A stretch of 50,008 bases of DNA, taken from positions 1-50,008 of IMG/VR virus record IMGVR_UViG_3300042923_001831; one strand, 5' to 3'. Below are positions 26,423 through 34,505 of this stretch, piece after piece; positions within the stretch are counted from its first letter, which is position 1, and each line of letters begins with the position of its first letter. The notes beneath the pieces were generated by a model. That model saw only the letters and a list, made by a program, of their open reading frames with translations. It was not told the origin of the DNA and did not search any database. The stretch is from a virus. Its lineage: Duplodnaviria; Caudoviricetes. The position numbers and the translations under genes were made by a program.

Positions 26423-26844
26423 ACTAACGGTCAGATATATATAGTATCAACTTAAAAAATGTTGAAGGAATGCACCTTTTATCGTTGTTTACATGTATTC
26501 ATAGGTACGGGATTTAAGGACTTGAATTAAGCCCTCTTTGGGTAACAATAGATCCTGTGATAAAGCAGTCTCTTCAACAGGCAAATAGTCTGTCTTTCAT
26601 CCCTACCGCGCTTTCGCTTACTAGCCTTGAAGTTTAGTCTGGAAGGAGTACACTTCCACACTAAACTTCAAGGTCGTATCTTTCCCCTATTAGACATATC
26701 TATTTCCATATCTTTGAATACCTTGAATACTATAAAAAATACCTCTATATAATGTGTTAGCAAAGATAGAAATTCGGTCATTTTTGTATCATTACTTACG
26801 TTGAATACGGTAGAAATTAATACTATATATAACTGCCCGTTAGT
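26423..26844. mobile_element. Non-coding element bounded by 24-bp imperfect inverted repeats, with a long internal hairpin (MITE/IS remnant-like)
   Basis: ACTAACGGTCAGATATATATAGTA (26423-26446) vs reverse complement of 26821-26844, 22/24 identical; hairpin at 26625-26673. Confidence 0.5.
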
Positions 26845-26880
26845 CGCTTAAGAAAATCAACAACATTCTTTATAGAGCTA

Positions 26881-28659
26881 TTAATTAAACAAATCTCTAA
26901 CAGAAATAAATTCAATATTACCATCACCTTTTGGTTGAGATAACATAGGAATTACCTCTGTATGAGCATTCAGGAAAGCCGCAAATCCATCTATTTTCCT
27001 GTATTTACTTTGTTTAGAAGGTAAGAAATTACCGTTTCTATCTTCAATTAGTTTTACATTATTCATATACCATCGGAAAAGTCGATTTTTATTATTGATA
27101 ACTTTCCCGTCGAGTAACAGCTGCCTAATATCTTTAAGAGCAGGACTAAGTGATAAATGACCTTGTCGAACTGGCACTGTATCAAAGCCATAGGTCTTTA
27201 GGTCCTCATTTAATCGATAAGCATTGGCAGGATCATAAGCTATTTTCTTAATAAAATAGAGTTTAGATTGATCTATAAACCAATCATATACATACTCGTA
27301 TTTCACATACTCCCCAGGAATAATCGTTAACCATCCTTTTTCTTCAAAATCTTTATAGTTTATTCCTTCGTTGTCTTTATCTACTTTTGCTTGTGGTACC
27401 CAACTGTGAGAAAGTATAAAAACACTTCCATCATCTACAGGAAATTCTAAACAAGCACTAGTAAAATCTTCAGTGGATGATAAATCATAACCCCCCACAC
27501 AATCGCGACCATTTAGAGCTTCAAACTCCATAACATTTTCATTTCTTTTTAATATCTCAATTCCGACAAAAGACATTTCATCGTTATCTACGAAAATATT
27601 AAACTGTTTAGTAATCCAGTCATTTTTTTCTTCAGGAATAACCTTATCATTGTTCCAGTCATCGATAAGGGAAGGTAAATCTAAGGATACTCCCATATTA
27701 GGATTGGCTTTAATCCACAATTCCGGTTTTTCAATTTCGTCTACGTTGTCTAACTCAGCCATGAAATAAAATTTTCTATCTTGGTTAATTACACCATCTA
27801 ATACATCAGTAGCTACTTCATAGTTTTGTACTAATGGACCTTCTAATTGATATCCTGCAGTTGTGATATACAGTATCAAAGGCTGTTTTCTAGAACCACG
27901 AGACTTCTTTATAACGTTTATCAATTTGAAATTCTTAAACTCGTGAATTTCATCAAAAACACCTAGATGAGTATTCAATCCATCTAGTTTTTTACTGTCT
28001 GATGCACGGGGCTCAATTCTAGATTGGGTCTTATCATAGAAAATGCCTTTTTGGTTTTCTCTTAGGCGCTTACGTAGCTGCGGTGATTTCTGTACCATCG
28101 CTCTACTTTCATCAAAGAGTTCGCCAGCTTGTTGCTTGGTATTTGCTAGGACGTAGACACGGGCTCCTGGTTCATTGTCTTTAGATACAGCAAAGTTGGA
28201 CAACCCTGAAATCATAGTGGTTTTTCCGTTTTTACGACCTATAAAAATAAGGCCCTCACGAAAGCGCCTATAACCTGTATCTTTATGAATCCACCCATAT
28301 AAAGAACCAATAACAAAGTGTTGCCACGGTTGGAGAACTAAACTATTGTAATCCCCTTTAGAAGGTTTGCAGTATGTTTCAATGAATTTTATGGGACGAT
28401 GTGCTTTTTCCTCGTCAAAAATCCAAGGGAAGTCTTCAGTCCCTTGCCTTTTTATATCATCCAAATGCCTTTGGCATGATTGGATATTTTTTTTACTAGC
28501 CTTAATATTCCCTTTGACTACTTGTTCAGCATACCAAGTTGTTCTTGGTTTTGGGGAAGGTCTTTCAAGAATATAGAATTGCTTAACTTGTTCTTTACGC
28601 CAAATTTGATACCACTTTGCTATTTCAGATGGCTTAGAAGTCGTCGAAATCGTCATCAT
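26881..28659 (-). CDS. terL: Terminase large subunit
   Basis: Walker A 'GRKNGKT', Walker B 'VFDEIHE', 'ITTAG', 'GYDLS', 'KIDGFAA'. Confidence 0.97.
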   Translation of the reverse strand: MMTISTTSKPSEIAKWYQIWRKEQVKQFYILERPSPKPRTTWYAEQVVKGNIKASKKNIQSCQRHLDDIKRQGTEDFPWIFDEEKAHRPIKFIETYCKPSKGDYNSLVLQPWQHFVIGSLYGWIHKDTGYRRFREGLIFIGRKNGKTTMISGLSNFAVSKDNEPGARVYVLANTKQQAGELFDESRAMVQKSPQLRKRLRENQKGIFYDKTQSRIEPRASDSKKLDGLNTHLGVFDEIHEFKNFKLINVIKKSRGSRKQPLILYITTAGYQLEGPLVQNYEVATDVLDGVINQDRKFYFMAELDNVDEIEKPELWIKANPNMGVSLDLPSLIDDWNNDKVIPEEKNDWITKQFNIFVDNDEMSFVGIEILKRNENVMEFEALNGRDCVGGYDLSSTEDFTSACLEFPVDDGSVFILSHSWVPQAKVDKDNEGINYKDFEEKGWLTIIPGEYVKYEYVYDWFIDQSKLYFIKKIAYDPANAYRLNEDLKTYGFDTVPVRQGHLSLSPALKDIRQLLLDGKVINNKNRLFRWYMNNVKLIEDRNGNFLPSKQSKYRKIDGFAAFLNAHTEVIPMLSQPKGDGNIEFISVRDLFN

Positions 28660-28963
28660 CGACAAGTGATCCACTTCCATCTTTTATTTTCTTTCTTTGG
28701 GCGGGCGTAAGTCCCAGGGATTTAAGTAGATTATTTAAAGTTTGAACTGTCTTTGTTAACTCAATGGAAAGGGGGTTTTTCACCAAATTAGTTGCCCCTG
28801 CCTTATTGGTGTACTCATACATTAGTTTTGATTTTTTCACTTCAGTTTGCAAACGCCTGTAGAATTGATGTGTCTCCAGATATAACTTAATTAATTCCTC
28901 ATCCGATTCTTTGTATGAATCACCAATATACTCTCTGATTTTTTTGGCTGTTGGAACCGCCAT
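28634..28963 (-). CDS. terS: Terminase small subunit (P27 family)
   Basis: 'NLVKNPL', 'LGLTPAQR'. Confidence 0.92.
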   Translation of the reverse strand: MAVPTAKKIREYIGDSYKESDEELIKLYLETHQFYRRLQTEVKKSKLMYEYTNKAGATNLVKNPLSIELTKTVQTLNNLLKSLGLTPAQRKKIKDGSGSLVDDDDFDDF

Positions 28964-29066
28964 GGATTTACCCCCCTTTCATGAAAATTTTAATCGCGGT
29001 GCCAGCGATGGGCCCAGCCGGTCTGGGTGGAAAATAAGTTCCCATTTTAGGGGTAGGGGGGCTATC
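28964..29066. other. Probable cos packaging-site region
   Basis: GC-rich intergenic segment between HNH and terS flanked by C/G runs; exact overhang not determinable. Confidence 0.6.
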
Positions 29067-29414
29067 CTACACCAAGTCCCTGTTCGCCTTCACCTTTACC
29101 ACGTTGAAGCGCCGTTGTTTCTTTATTTTTCCACTACCCTTTTCAGGATGCTCTTTGTTATGGCAAGGATGACAAATGCTGATAAGGTTATCCATATCAA
29201 GCGCGAATTCAGGATGATCATCAAATGATTTAATATGATGGACCATATCTGCTGAGATGACTTGTCCTTCACTTAAGCATTCTTGGCAAAGGTAGTTATC
29301 ACGTAAAAGTATCAACCCTCTACACTTCTTCCAAGCTGCACTGTTATAGAACTTCTTTGCTACTTTATTACGTTTATATTTGTCATACAGTTTGGATTGG
29401 TAGAAGTTAGTCAT
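29067..29414 (-). CDS. Terminase-associated HNH endonuclease
   Basis: 'FYNSAAW', 'CQEC', 'VHHI', 'NLISICHPCHNKEH'. Confidence 0.93.
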   Translation of the reverse strand: MTNFYQSKLYDKYKRNKVAKKFYNSAAWKKCRGLILLRDNYLCQECLSEGQVISADMVHHIKSFDDHPEFALDMDNLISICHPCHNKEHPEKGSGKIKKQRRFNVVKVKANRDLV

Positions 29415-29420
29415 TTTCCC

Positions 29421-29579
29421 TCATCCTTTCCTCCTTACAGCTCCGTTTACTCTTTTGTAGGTATCACGATTCTTCCCCATCAATTCATCCAAATCTCTTT
29501 GACTTAGTACTTCTTTCTTTGGTGACATCTCTTCTAGTTGCCTCTTCTGTTTTTTTGATAAATGATCTGCTAATTTCAA
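29421..29579 (-). CDS. 52-aa conserved phage protein (not in ORF track)
   Basis: TTG start, AAGGTGA RBS; MKLADHL...LSQRDLDELMGKNRDTYKRVNGAVRRKG. Confidence 0.65.
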   Translation of the reverse strand: MKLADHLSKKQKRQLEEMSPKKEVLSQRDLDELMGKNRDTYKRVNGAVRRKG

Positions 29580-29726
29580 GTCATCACCTTCTTAGGCAAA
29601 ATAAAAAGCACTCACAAATGTGAATGCTTGTGTATGAAAATAATTGCTTGTCCGAAAAAATCAAAAAGATATTATTCTCCTTCCAGTAGCATATAAATCA
29701 AACATACTAAAGAAAGGAGAATTAAT

Positions 29727-29813
29727 ATGATGTCACCTTTTGAAGCGATTATCATTTTGGTTGCACTTGCTTCGAGATGCATTAGTGTGGTTGTTTTTGT
29801 TGTAAAAAGTTAA
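29727..29813 (+). CDS. 28-aa hydrophobic peptide, putative type I (holin-like) toxin
   Basis: MMSPFEAIIILVALASRCISVVVFVVKS; AAGGAG RBS; downstream hairpin 29821-29857. Confidence 0.5.
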   Translation: MMSPFEAIIILVALASRCISVVVFVVKS

Positions 29814-30070
29814 GTGAAGGATTAGAAGAGTAGATCTCGCACATCTGCTCTTTTAATCTATAATAAAATGTATGCTTTTGGCGTTCATTTTAAACCAGTT
29901 TAAAAATAATTAAATTAAACTAAATTTTGTTTAACTTAAAAGAGTAAACAATAAATTAGATAAAATCACTTCCCTTGCAATGTATGTTGCAAGTATTTCT
30001 TTATATTTTTCTTTAATCTTTTCTTTAATCTTTTCTTTAGGACTTTTGCATATAATGAAGGGAAAATGTT

Positions 30071-30194
30071 TATCGTACACCAACTGTAGTACTATATCGT
30101 ACACCAACTGTAGTACTATATCGTACACCAATTGTAGTACTATATCGTACACCAATTGTAGTACTATGTTTATGGTACACCAATTGTAGTACCA
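30071..30194. repeat. Five 24-bp direct repeats (iteron-like; candidate origin)
   Basis: TATCGTACACCAAYTGTAGTACTA tandem x4 (30071-30166) plus a variant at 30171-30194; AT-rich tract adjacent. Confidence 0.9.
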
Positions 30195-30220
30195 AACGTA
30201 CGTTTGTAAAATTATTAGGT

Positions 30221-30332
30221 ATTTGCGGGTAAGGATTTGCACCTTACATGAACAGTCGCTACACCAACTTCATTCGAGCCGATTCCCATAGAATCCGCAA
30301 CACTCTGCGTCTACCTGTTCCGCCACCGCAAA
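30221..30332 (-). ncRNA. tRNA-like RNA with enlarged branched central domain
   Basis: 7-bp acceptor TTTGCGG/CCGCAAA, D-arm GCG-GAACAGGTAGA-CGC, T-arm GTAAGG-TGCAAAT-CCTTAC. Confidence 0.7.
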
Positions 30333-30362
30333 ATAAAAAGCACCCTCAAAAGGATGCTTTTT
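30331..30362. terminator. Repeated cassette-boundary terminator (also 29599-29628, 30631-30658)
   Basis: AAATAAAAAGCACCC...GGATGCT family. Confidence 0.7.
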
Positions 30363-30567
30363 AATCCAATACAATAATAATTGTTTGATAAAATACGAAC
30401 AGAAGAACTAAAATCGCTCCATAATTAGCAAGGATGTTAGGAATTTTAATTGCCCTTAATATCCATTTAAAAATAAGTCCTGCAATTAACGGGATAAATA
30501 AAATAATAGCAAGCTCAAATGCCATTTGATTCATTAGGTCTTTCAATGGCGAAAAATCAATATTCAT
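30361..30567 (-). CDS. Small two-TM membrane protein
   Basis: GAGGT RBS; hydrophobic segments. Confidence 0.7.
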   Translation of the reverse strand: MNIDFSPLKDLMNQMAFELAIILFIPLIAGLIFKWILRAIKIPNILANYGAILVLLFVFYQTIIIVLD

Positions 30568-30664
30568 ATTCTACCTCTCTATATTCTGTTTTTTTTATCA
30601 TTCGACAAAAATAGAGTAATTCCTTTTTCAAAATAAAAAGCACCCTTGAAAGGATGCTCCTACA

Positions 30665-30871
30665 TTATAGATCCGTACTATTCCCATGAAATCTAATGAC
30701 CCCTTGATCAGTTACTTCTACCTCATGTACCGTTAAAGTAGTACCTCTAATTGTAACCACATCTGCCTGCATCATTAACTGTAAAATATCTAATGTAACC
30801 TCACTACCGTATGTACCATTTTCTATGACAGCTTCAATGTCATACATTTTTTCGTCTTCCACTTTTTCCAC
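30665..30871 (-). CDS. Small acidic hypothetical protein
   Basis: ORF with GAGGTGG RBS-like sequence; start uncertain. Confidence 0.55.
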   Translation of the reverse strand: MEKVEDEKMYDIEAVIENGTYGSEVTLDILQLMMQADVVTIRGTTLTVHEVEVTDQGVIRFHGNSTDL

Positions 30872-30886
30872 CTCACCTTTTTATCA

Positions 30887-31276
30887 TTATTCGGATTCTA
30901 AATTTACACGATTTAGTTTTTTCCAGCTAGTAACAAGTTTTTGATCCTGTACATCATTAGATGTTATAAGGATTGTCTCATATGATTTAACCTGGTCTAC
31001 AAAAGATGATCCCACACTACATAACCATTTATGAATGTCTACCTCACTCAATTTAGTATTTTCAGTTACGATAGCGGTACCAGAAATTCTTAATTCTAAA
31101 ATGTTACTAGTCCCTTTTGTGAACATAACACTTTCATAATCTCCATTTCTAGTACTTGGGTTACATTTAATTTCTTCTGTTTTATGTTTTTTTGCTAATT
31201 CGTCTGCCTTTTCTCTTTGCCTTACTATTGCTTGAGCTTGTGCGCTTTTATTTTGCATATCATACCTGTATCCCAT
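30887..31276 (-). CDS. Hypothetical protein
   Basis: GGGAGGTG RBS, 129 aa. Confidence 0.7.
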   Translation of the reverse strand: MGYRYDMQNKSAQAQAIVRQREKADELAKKHKTEEIKCNPSTRNGDYESVMFTKGTSNILELRISGTAIVTENTKLSEVDIHKWLCSVGSSFVDQVKSYETILITSNDVQDQKLVTSWKKLNRVNLESE

Positions 31277-31399
31277 TTGCTAACACCTCCCTTCCCCGTT
31301 AATCTTACCGAGGTAAAGTGATTTGGCAAACAGCAATCGTTCGTCAAAATATGACAAATAAAATGGAACTGATTCAGGTTTGTCCTTAAAAGGGACCCC

Positions 31400-31500
31400 T
31401 TTAATCAATTCCTCATGTTATTAATTTATCAGGTTAAAAAACAAATATCACACAAATATTTTCAATTTTTTTAATAAATTTTTACAATTATCTTCAAATT
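31400..31500 (-). promoter_or_regulatory. Probable ArpU-activated late promoter region
   Basis: AT-rich non-coding segment at the head of the late operon, downstream of arpU-like gene; inferred from synteny. Confidence 0.35.
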
Positions 31501-31573
31501 ATTTTATTATTAATTCATAATAGTAAAATAGTACCCTTACTAAATAAATGCAACAATAATAGGAGAACTAAAA

Positions 31574-32323
31574 ATGAATAGAGAACAAGCTAAGAAAAAT
31601 AAAAAAAAATTCGAAAAAAATGATATAGCATTATTCTTAGCGCCAATTACAGCTCTTTGTTACGGGCTAGTTTATACTTTGGAACTCGGAAAATATAACT
31701 ATTATGGAATACCTACTTCCTTAATTGAGTTAGATTTGAATTCTTTAACTTCTGGTATCTTAACCTTATTTCCTATGCTCTTAATAATTTTCTTTTTTAT
31801 ATATCATTTGTTTTTTAAAATTAAATCTAATAAAACTAATGATCTCGAGGAAGATGTGAAAAAAAAATCTTCAAAATGGTCTTTAGTACGTGATATAGCA
31901 ACACTCGTTGTTTTAATATATATATGTGGATTCATCTATGGATTATATATAAAGTATTTTGGCAATATCACATATTTGATATTTATTCTAGTTATGATAT
32001 TTCTAGTGTTTATTATCTTTATGATTAGGTTTTATAAAAAGGAGAATTACACAAATACTTTAATAACTGGTATTTTATTCTTTATTATTTTTTCATTTTC
32101 ATTAGGATATATTGCGCCAGCACTCAATACTCATCATGTAGTAATTCAAGTAAAAAATCAAAATTATATTCTTTTAGAAAACTATAAAGAAAATTTCATT
32201 TTATCTCCTGTAGATTTAAAAACAAAAACATTAAAAAGAGAGTTAATCCTAAAAAATATTGCGGACGATGATTATAAAATTAAAAGGGAAAAAATAATCT
32301 TAAAAAATTTTATTATTGATTAA
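31574..32323 (+). CDS. Multi-pass membrane protein (AT-rich moron)
   Basis: About 5 TM segments, AGGAG RBS, opposite strand to neighbours. Confidence 0.75.
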   Translation: MNREQAKKNKKKFEKNDIALFLAPITALCYGLVYTLELGKYNYYGIPTSLIELDLNSLTSGILTLFPMLLIIFFFIYHLFFKIKSNKTNDLEEDVKKKSSKWSLVRDIATLVVLIYICGFIYGLYIKYFGNITYLIFILVMIFLVFIIFMIRFYKKENYTNTLITGILFFIIFSFSLGYIAPALNTHHVVIQVKNQNYILLENYKENFILSPVDLKTKTLKRELILKNIADDDYKIKREKIILKNFIID

Positions 32324-32333
32324 TAAAAGCCAC

Positions 32334-32798
32334 TTAAAATAAAGTGGCTTTTTCAGTTTCTTTAGCAACAGCAATATTTAAATTTAAGGCAAGTCGGTAA
32401 AATGCTTTCCATCGAATCTTAGCGTATGTCATAGAACTTATAGGTGGTTGAAATTTAAAGCAATAAACGTTGTAATCTGTTAAATAATCTGCGTCTTCAC
32501 TCATATATCTTTCTTCAATAAGAAACCTCTCCATCTTGGGAAGTCTACTCACAGCTCGTTCTATCCGTTCACATAACTGCTTCCTTTTCTCTTGCTCATC
32601 AACATTGTATAAAGCAATGGAAGCTGTTTGATCACTTGTTTGATTAGTAGATCCGTGAAATCTAGGTGTACTGGAGGAAGTGATTGAGGCTTCTCTCTCT
32701 TCGAAAGTTAGGTACTTAAACAAGCGATATTTCTCTAGGTGCTCCTCCACTTTGGCTTGGGTAGCCTTTCTATCTAATTCAGGTAATTCAAAACTCAT
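32334..32798 (-). CDS. ArpU-family late transcriptional activator
   Basis: 'ELDRKATQAKVE', 'IERAVSRLPKMERFLIEERYM', 'KAFYRLALNL'. Confidence 0.9.
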   Translation of the reverse strand: MSFELPELDRKATQAKVEEHLEKYRLFKYLTFEEREASITSSSTPRFHGSTNQTSDQTASIALYNVDEQEKRKQLCERIERAVSRLPKMERFLIEERYMSEDADYLTDYNVYCFKFQPPISSMTYAKIRWKAFYRLALNLNIAVAKETEKATLF

Positions 32799-32832
32799 CT
32801 AGACACCCCTTTTGGAGAAATCCTATCTTTTT

Positions 32833-32982
32833 TTATTTCTTTTCTTTACTTGTCATATCATAAATATTAGCAAAAGTTTCCTATTTTTCTTTTGGTTTAT
32901 TCTTTGGTTTAATCGGATACTTTTCGATATGAGCTAGCCGTTCCTCTTCCGTCATCTTCCATTCATGCACTTTTCCTAACAT
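32833..32982 (-). pseudogene. Paralog of 42135..42323 with in-frame TAG at 32881-32883
   Basis: MLGKVHEWKMTEEERLAHIEKYPI...KEK*ETFAN vs MLGKVTVWYMSEEERLAYIAKHPI...EAVFAN; GGAGG RBS. Confidence 0.6.
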
Positions 32983-33108
32983 GATCGAAACCTCCAAATC
33001 TGTGTAAATTATTTTCTTAATGAGCAACAAACTACTTGTCAAATAGGTATAAATTCACTTAGTTTTTCCAAATAATAGATAAATGTCGTCATAACTAGGA
33101 GACTAACG

Positions 33109-33555
33109 ATGGTCTACATTTTTACACTAGCCTCATTGGCTATTAACATTCTAATTATTCTGTTGGTACCCATTAAACTAACTAAACAAGAAATTTATAT
33201 GACATGGGTTTTCGTTACCCTTAATGTTCTATTTGCTGATCTTTTAATTGGCGATATAATTGATCTATACGATTTAATTGATCCCGGACCTCAATTTTTT
33301 GATTTATTTGTACAGGTGACTTTACCAGCCACATTTGGAATTCTTTACATAAACTACATGCCCAAAAGTAATAAAAAGTTTATATATTATCTTATGTTTT
33401 GGGTAATTTTCTCTACGTTATATGAATTTTTATCAAGCATTTGTGGCTACGTAGTGTATAAGGGCTGGAAACTTTGGTGGACCCCTATTTATTTTTTATT
33501 TGCTTGTTTAATTACTCGTTGGCACTATTATTTTCTAAAAAATAAAGGTGATTGA
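33109..33555 (+). CDS. Multi-pass membrane protein (CBO0543-like moron)
   Basis: 'LTKQEIYMTW', 'LYINY', 'YKGWKLWW'; AGGAG RBS. Confidence 0.7.
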   Translation: MVYIFTLASLAINILIILLVPIKLTKQEIYMTWVFVTLNVLFADLLIGDIIDLYDLIDPGPQFFDLFVQVTLPATFGILYINYMPKSNKKFIYYLMFWVIFSTLYEFLSSICGYVVYKGWKLWWTPIYFLFACLITRWHYYFLKNKGD

Positions 33556-33721
33556 AATTAAACTAAAACGACTTTATTTTGTACATTCTGTGAAGTCAGT
33601 TTACATTAATTAGGTAAATGATATAGTCACGTTGAGACCTTTACTATAAACAAAGTTCTCAACTCCTATAATTACCCAAGAGCGTCATCGAGGACATTCG
33701 CTCTTGGGTGTTTTTTATTAA

Positions 33722-34210
33722 TTAAAATGGATCATCATCATCTAGCTCGTCATCAAGTGAATCATGATTGGAAAATGGATCGATAGGTTCATCCTCGACA
33801 TCATCAATAGTTAGTTGATCCTTGTTTACCTCTACGGTACCATCTTTACCAACATTGTATTTAACCCCTTCATGAGGTTCTTCATAAAACTCATCAATAC
33901 TCATTTGAGATTCTTCAATATTCAAAGTTACATCTGAGCCGGCTTTTTTATAAAAGTTAAAGGACTGTTCTGAAGAAGTGTCACCTTTAACAATGAACTC
34001 CAATGTTGTCTTTTTACCGTCCTTTGTGGTCTTACTAAACTCACAAGTTAGTTTTTGGTCAACACCTTCAATTTGCAGCTCGACCACCTCACGGGTCATT
34101 TGATTGAGCTCTTGTTTCTTCTCGTCCTCACCTTTGACATAAAACTGAACTAGCTCTTTTTTGCTATCCTTTGTTTGCTTGTTGAAATGTGCTTTTACTG
34201 TTACTTGCAT
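33722..34210 (-). CDS. Conserved phage protein with acidic tail ending DDDPF
   Basis: GAAGGGAG RBS; SSB-like C-terminal motif. Confidence 0.7.
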   Translation of the reverse strand: MQVTVKAHFNKQTKDSKKELVQFYVKGEDEKKQELNQMTREVVELQIEGVDQKLTCEFSKTTKDGKKTTLEFIVKGDTSSEQSFNFYKKAGSDVTLNIEESQMSIDEFYEEPHEGVKYNVGKDGTVEVNKDQLTIDDVEDEPIDPFSNHDSLDDELDDDDPF

Positions 34211-34235
34211 GTATTTTCTCTCCCTTCATTGTCCC

Positions 34236-34505
34236 TTATCGTCTATTTCCACGATTCTTCTTTTTACGAGTATTCTTTGGAACTTTAGGAAGCATGGTCC
34301 TACGTTTTTTCCAAAACTCCAATTCACCATCTATTTTGTTACTTAGTTGCTGAAACCGTAATTGCGCCTGGTCTAAATCGTTAATAACTGATGTTTGCAA
34401 GTCGTACTTCATATCTAACTGTTGAATCTTTTGGTCAAATAGCTTTCCAGAGTAATAGATAAATAGCACAGCGATAATTAGTAGTATTGATAAGAATATG
34501 ATCAT
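34236..34505 (-). CDS. Membrane-anchored small protein
   Basis: N-terminal TM, coiled coil, basic tail; ATGA overlap. Confidence 0.6.
   Translation of the reverse strand: MIIFLSILLIIAVLFIYYSGKLFDQKIQQLDMKYDLQTSVINDLDQAQLRFQQLSNKIDGELEFWKKRRTMLPKVPKNTRKKKNRGNRR

Noticed and set aside
30071-30194. CRISPR array
   Set aside because: Repeats are contiguous with no unique spacers and there are no cas genes
29931-30242. 103-aa minus and 69-aa plus ORFs as real genes
   Set aside because: They are translations of the DNA repeats, lack a convincing RBS, and the longer one starts inside the tRNA-like element
30221-30332. Canonical tRNA-Leu or tmRNA
   Set aside because: No standard anticodon arm, non-canonical T loop, too short for tmRNA and no tag ORF
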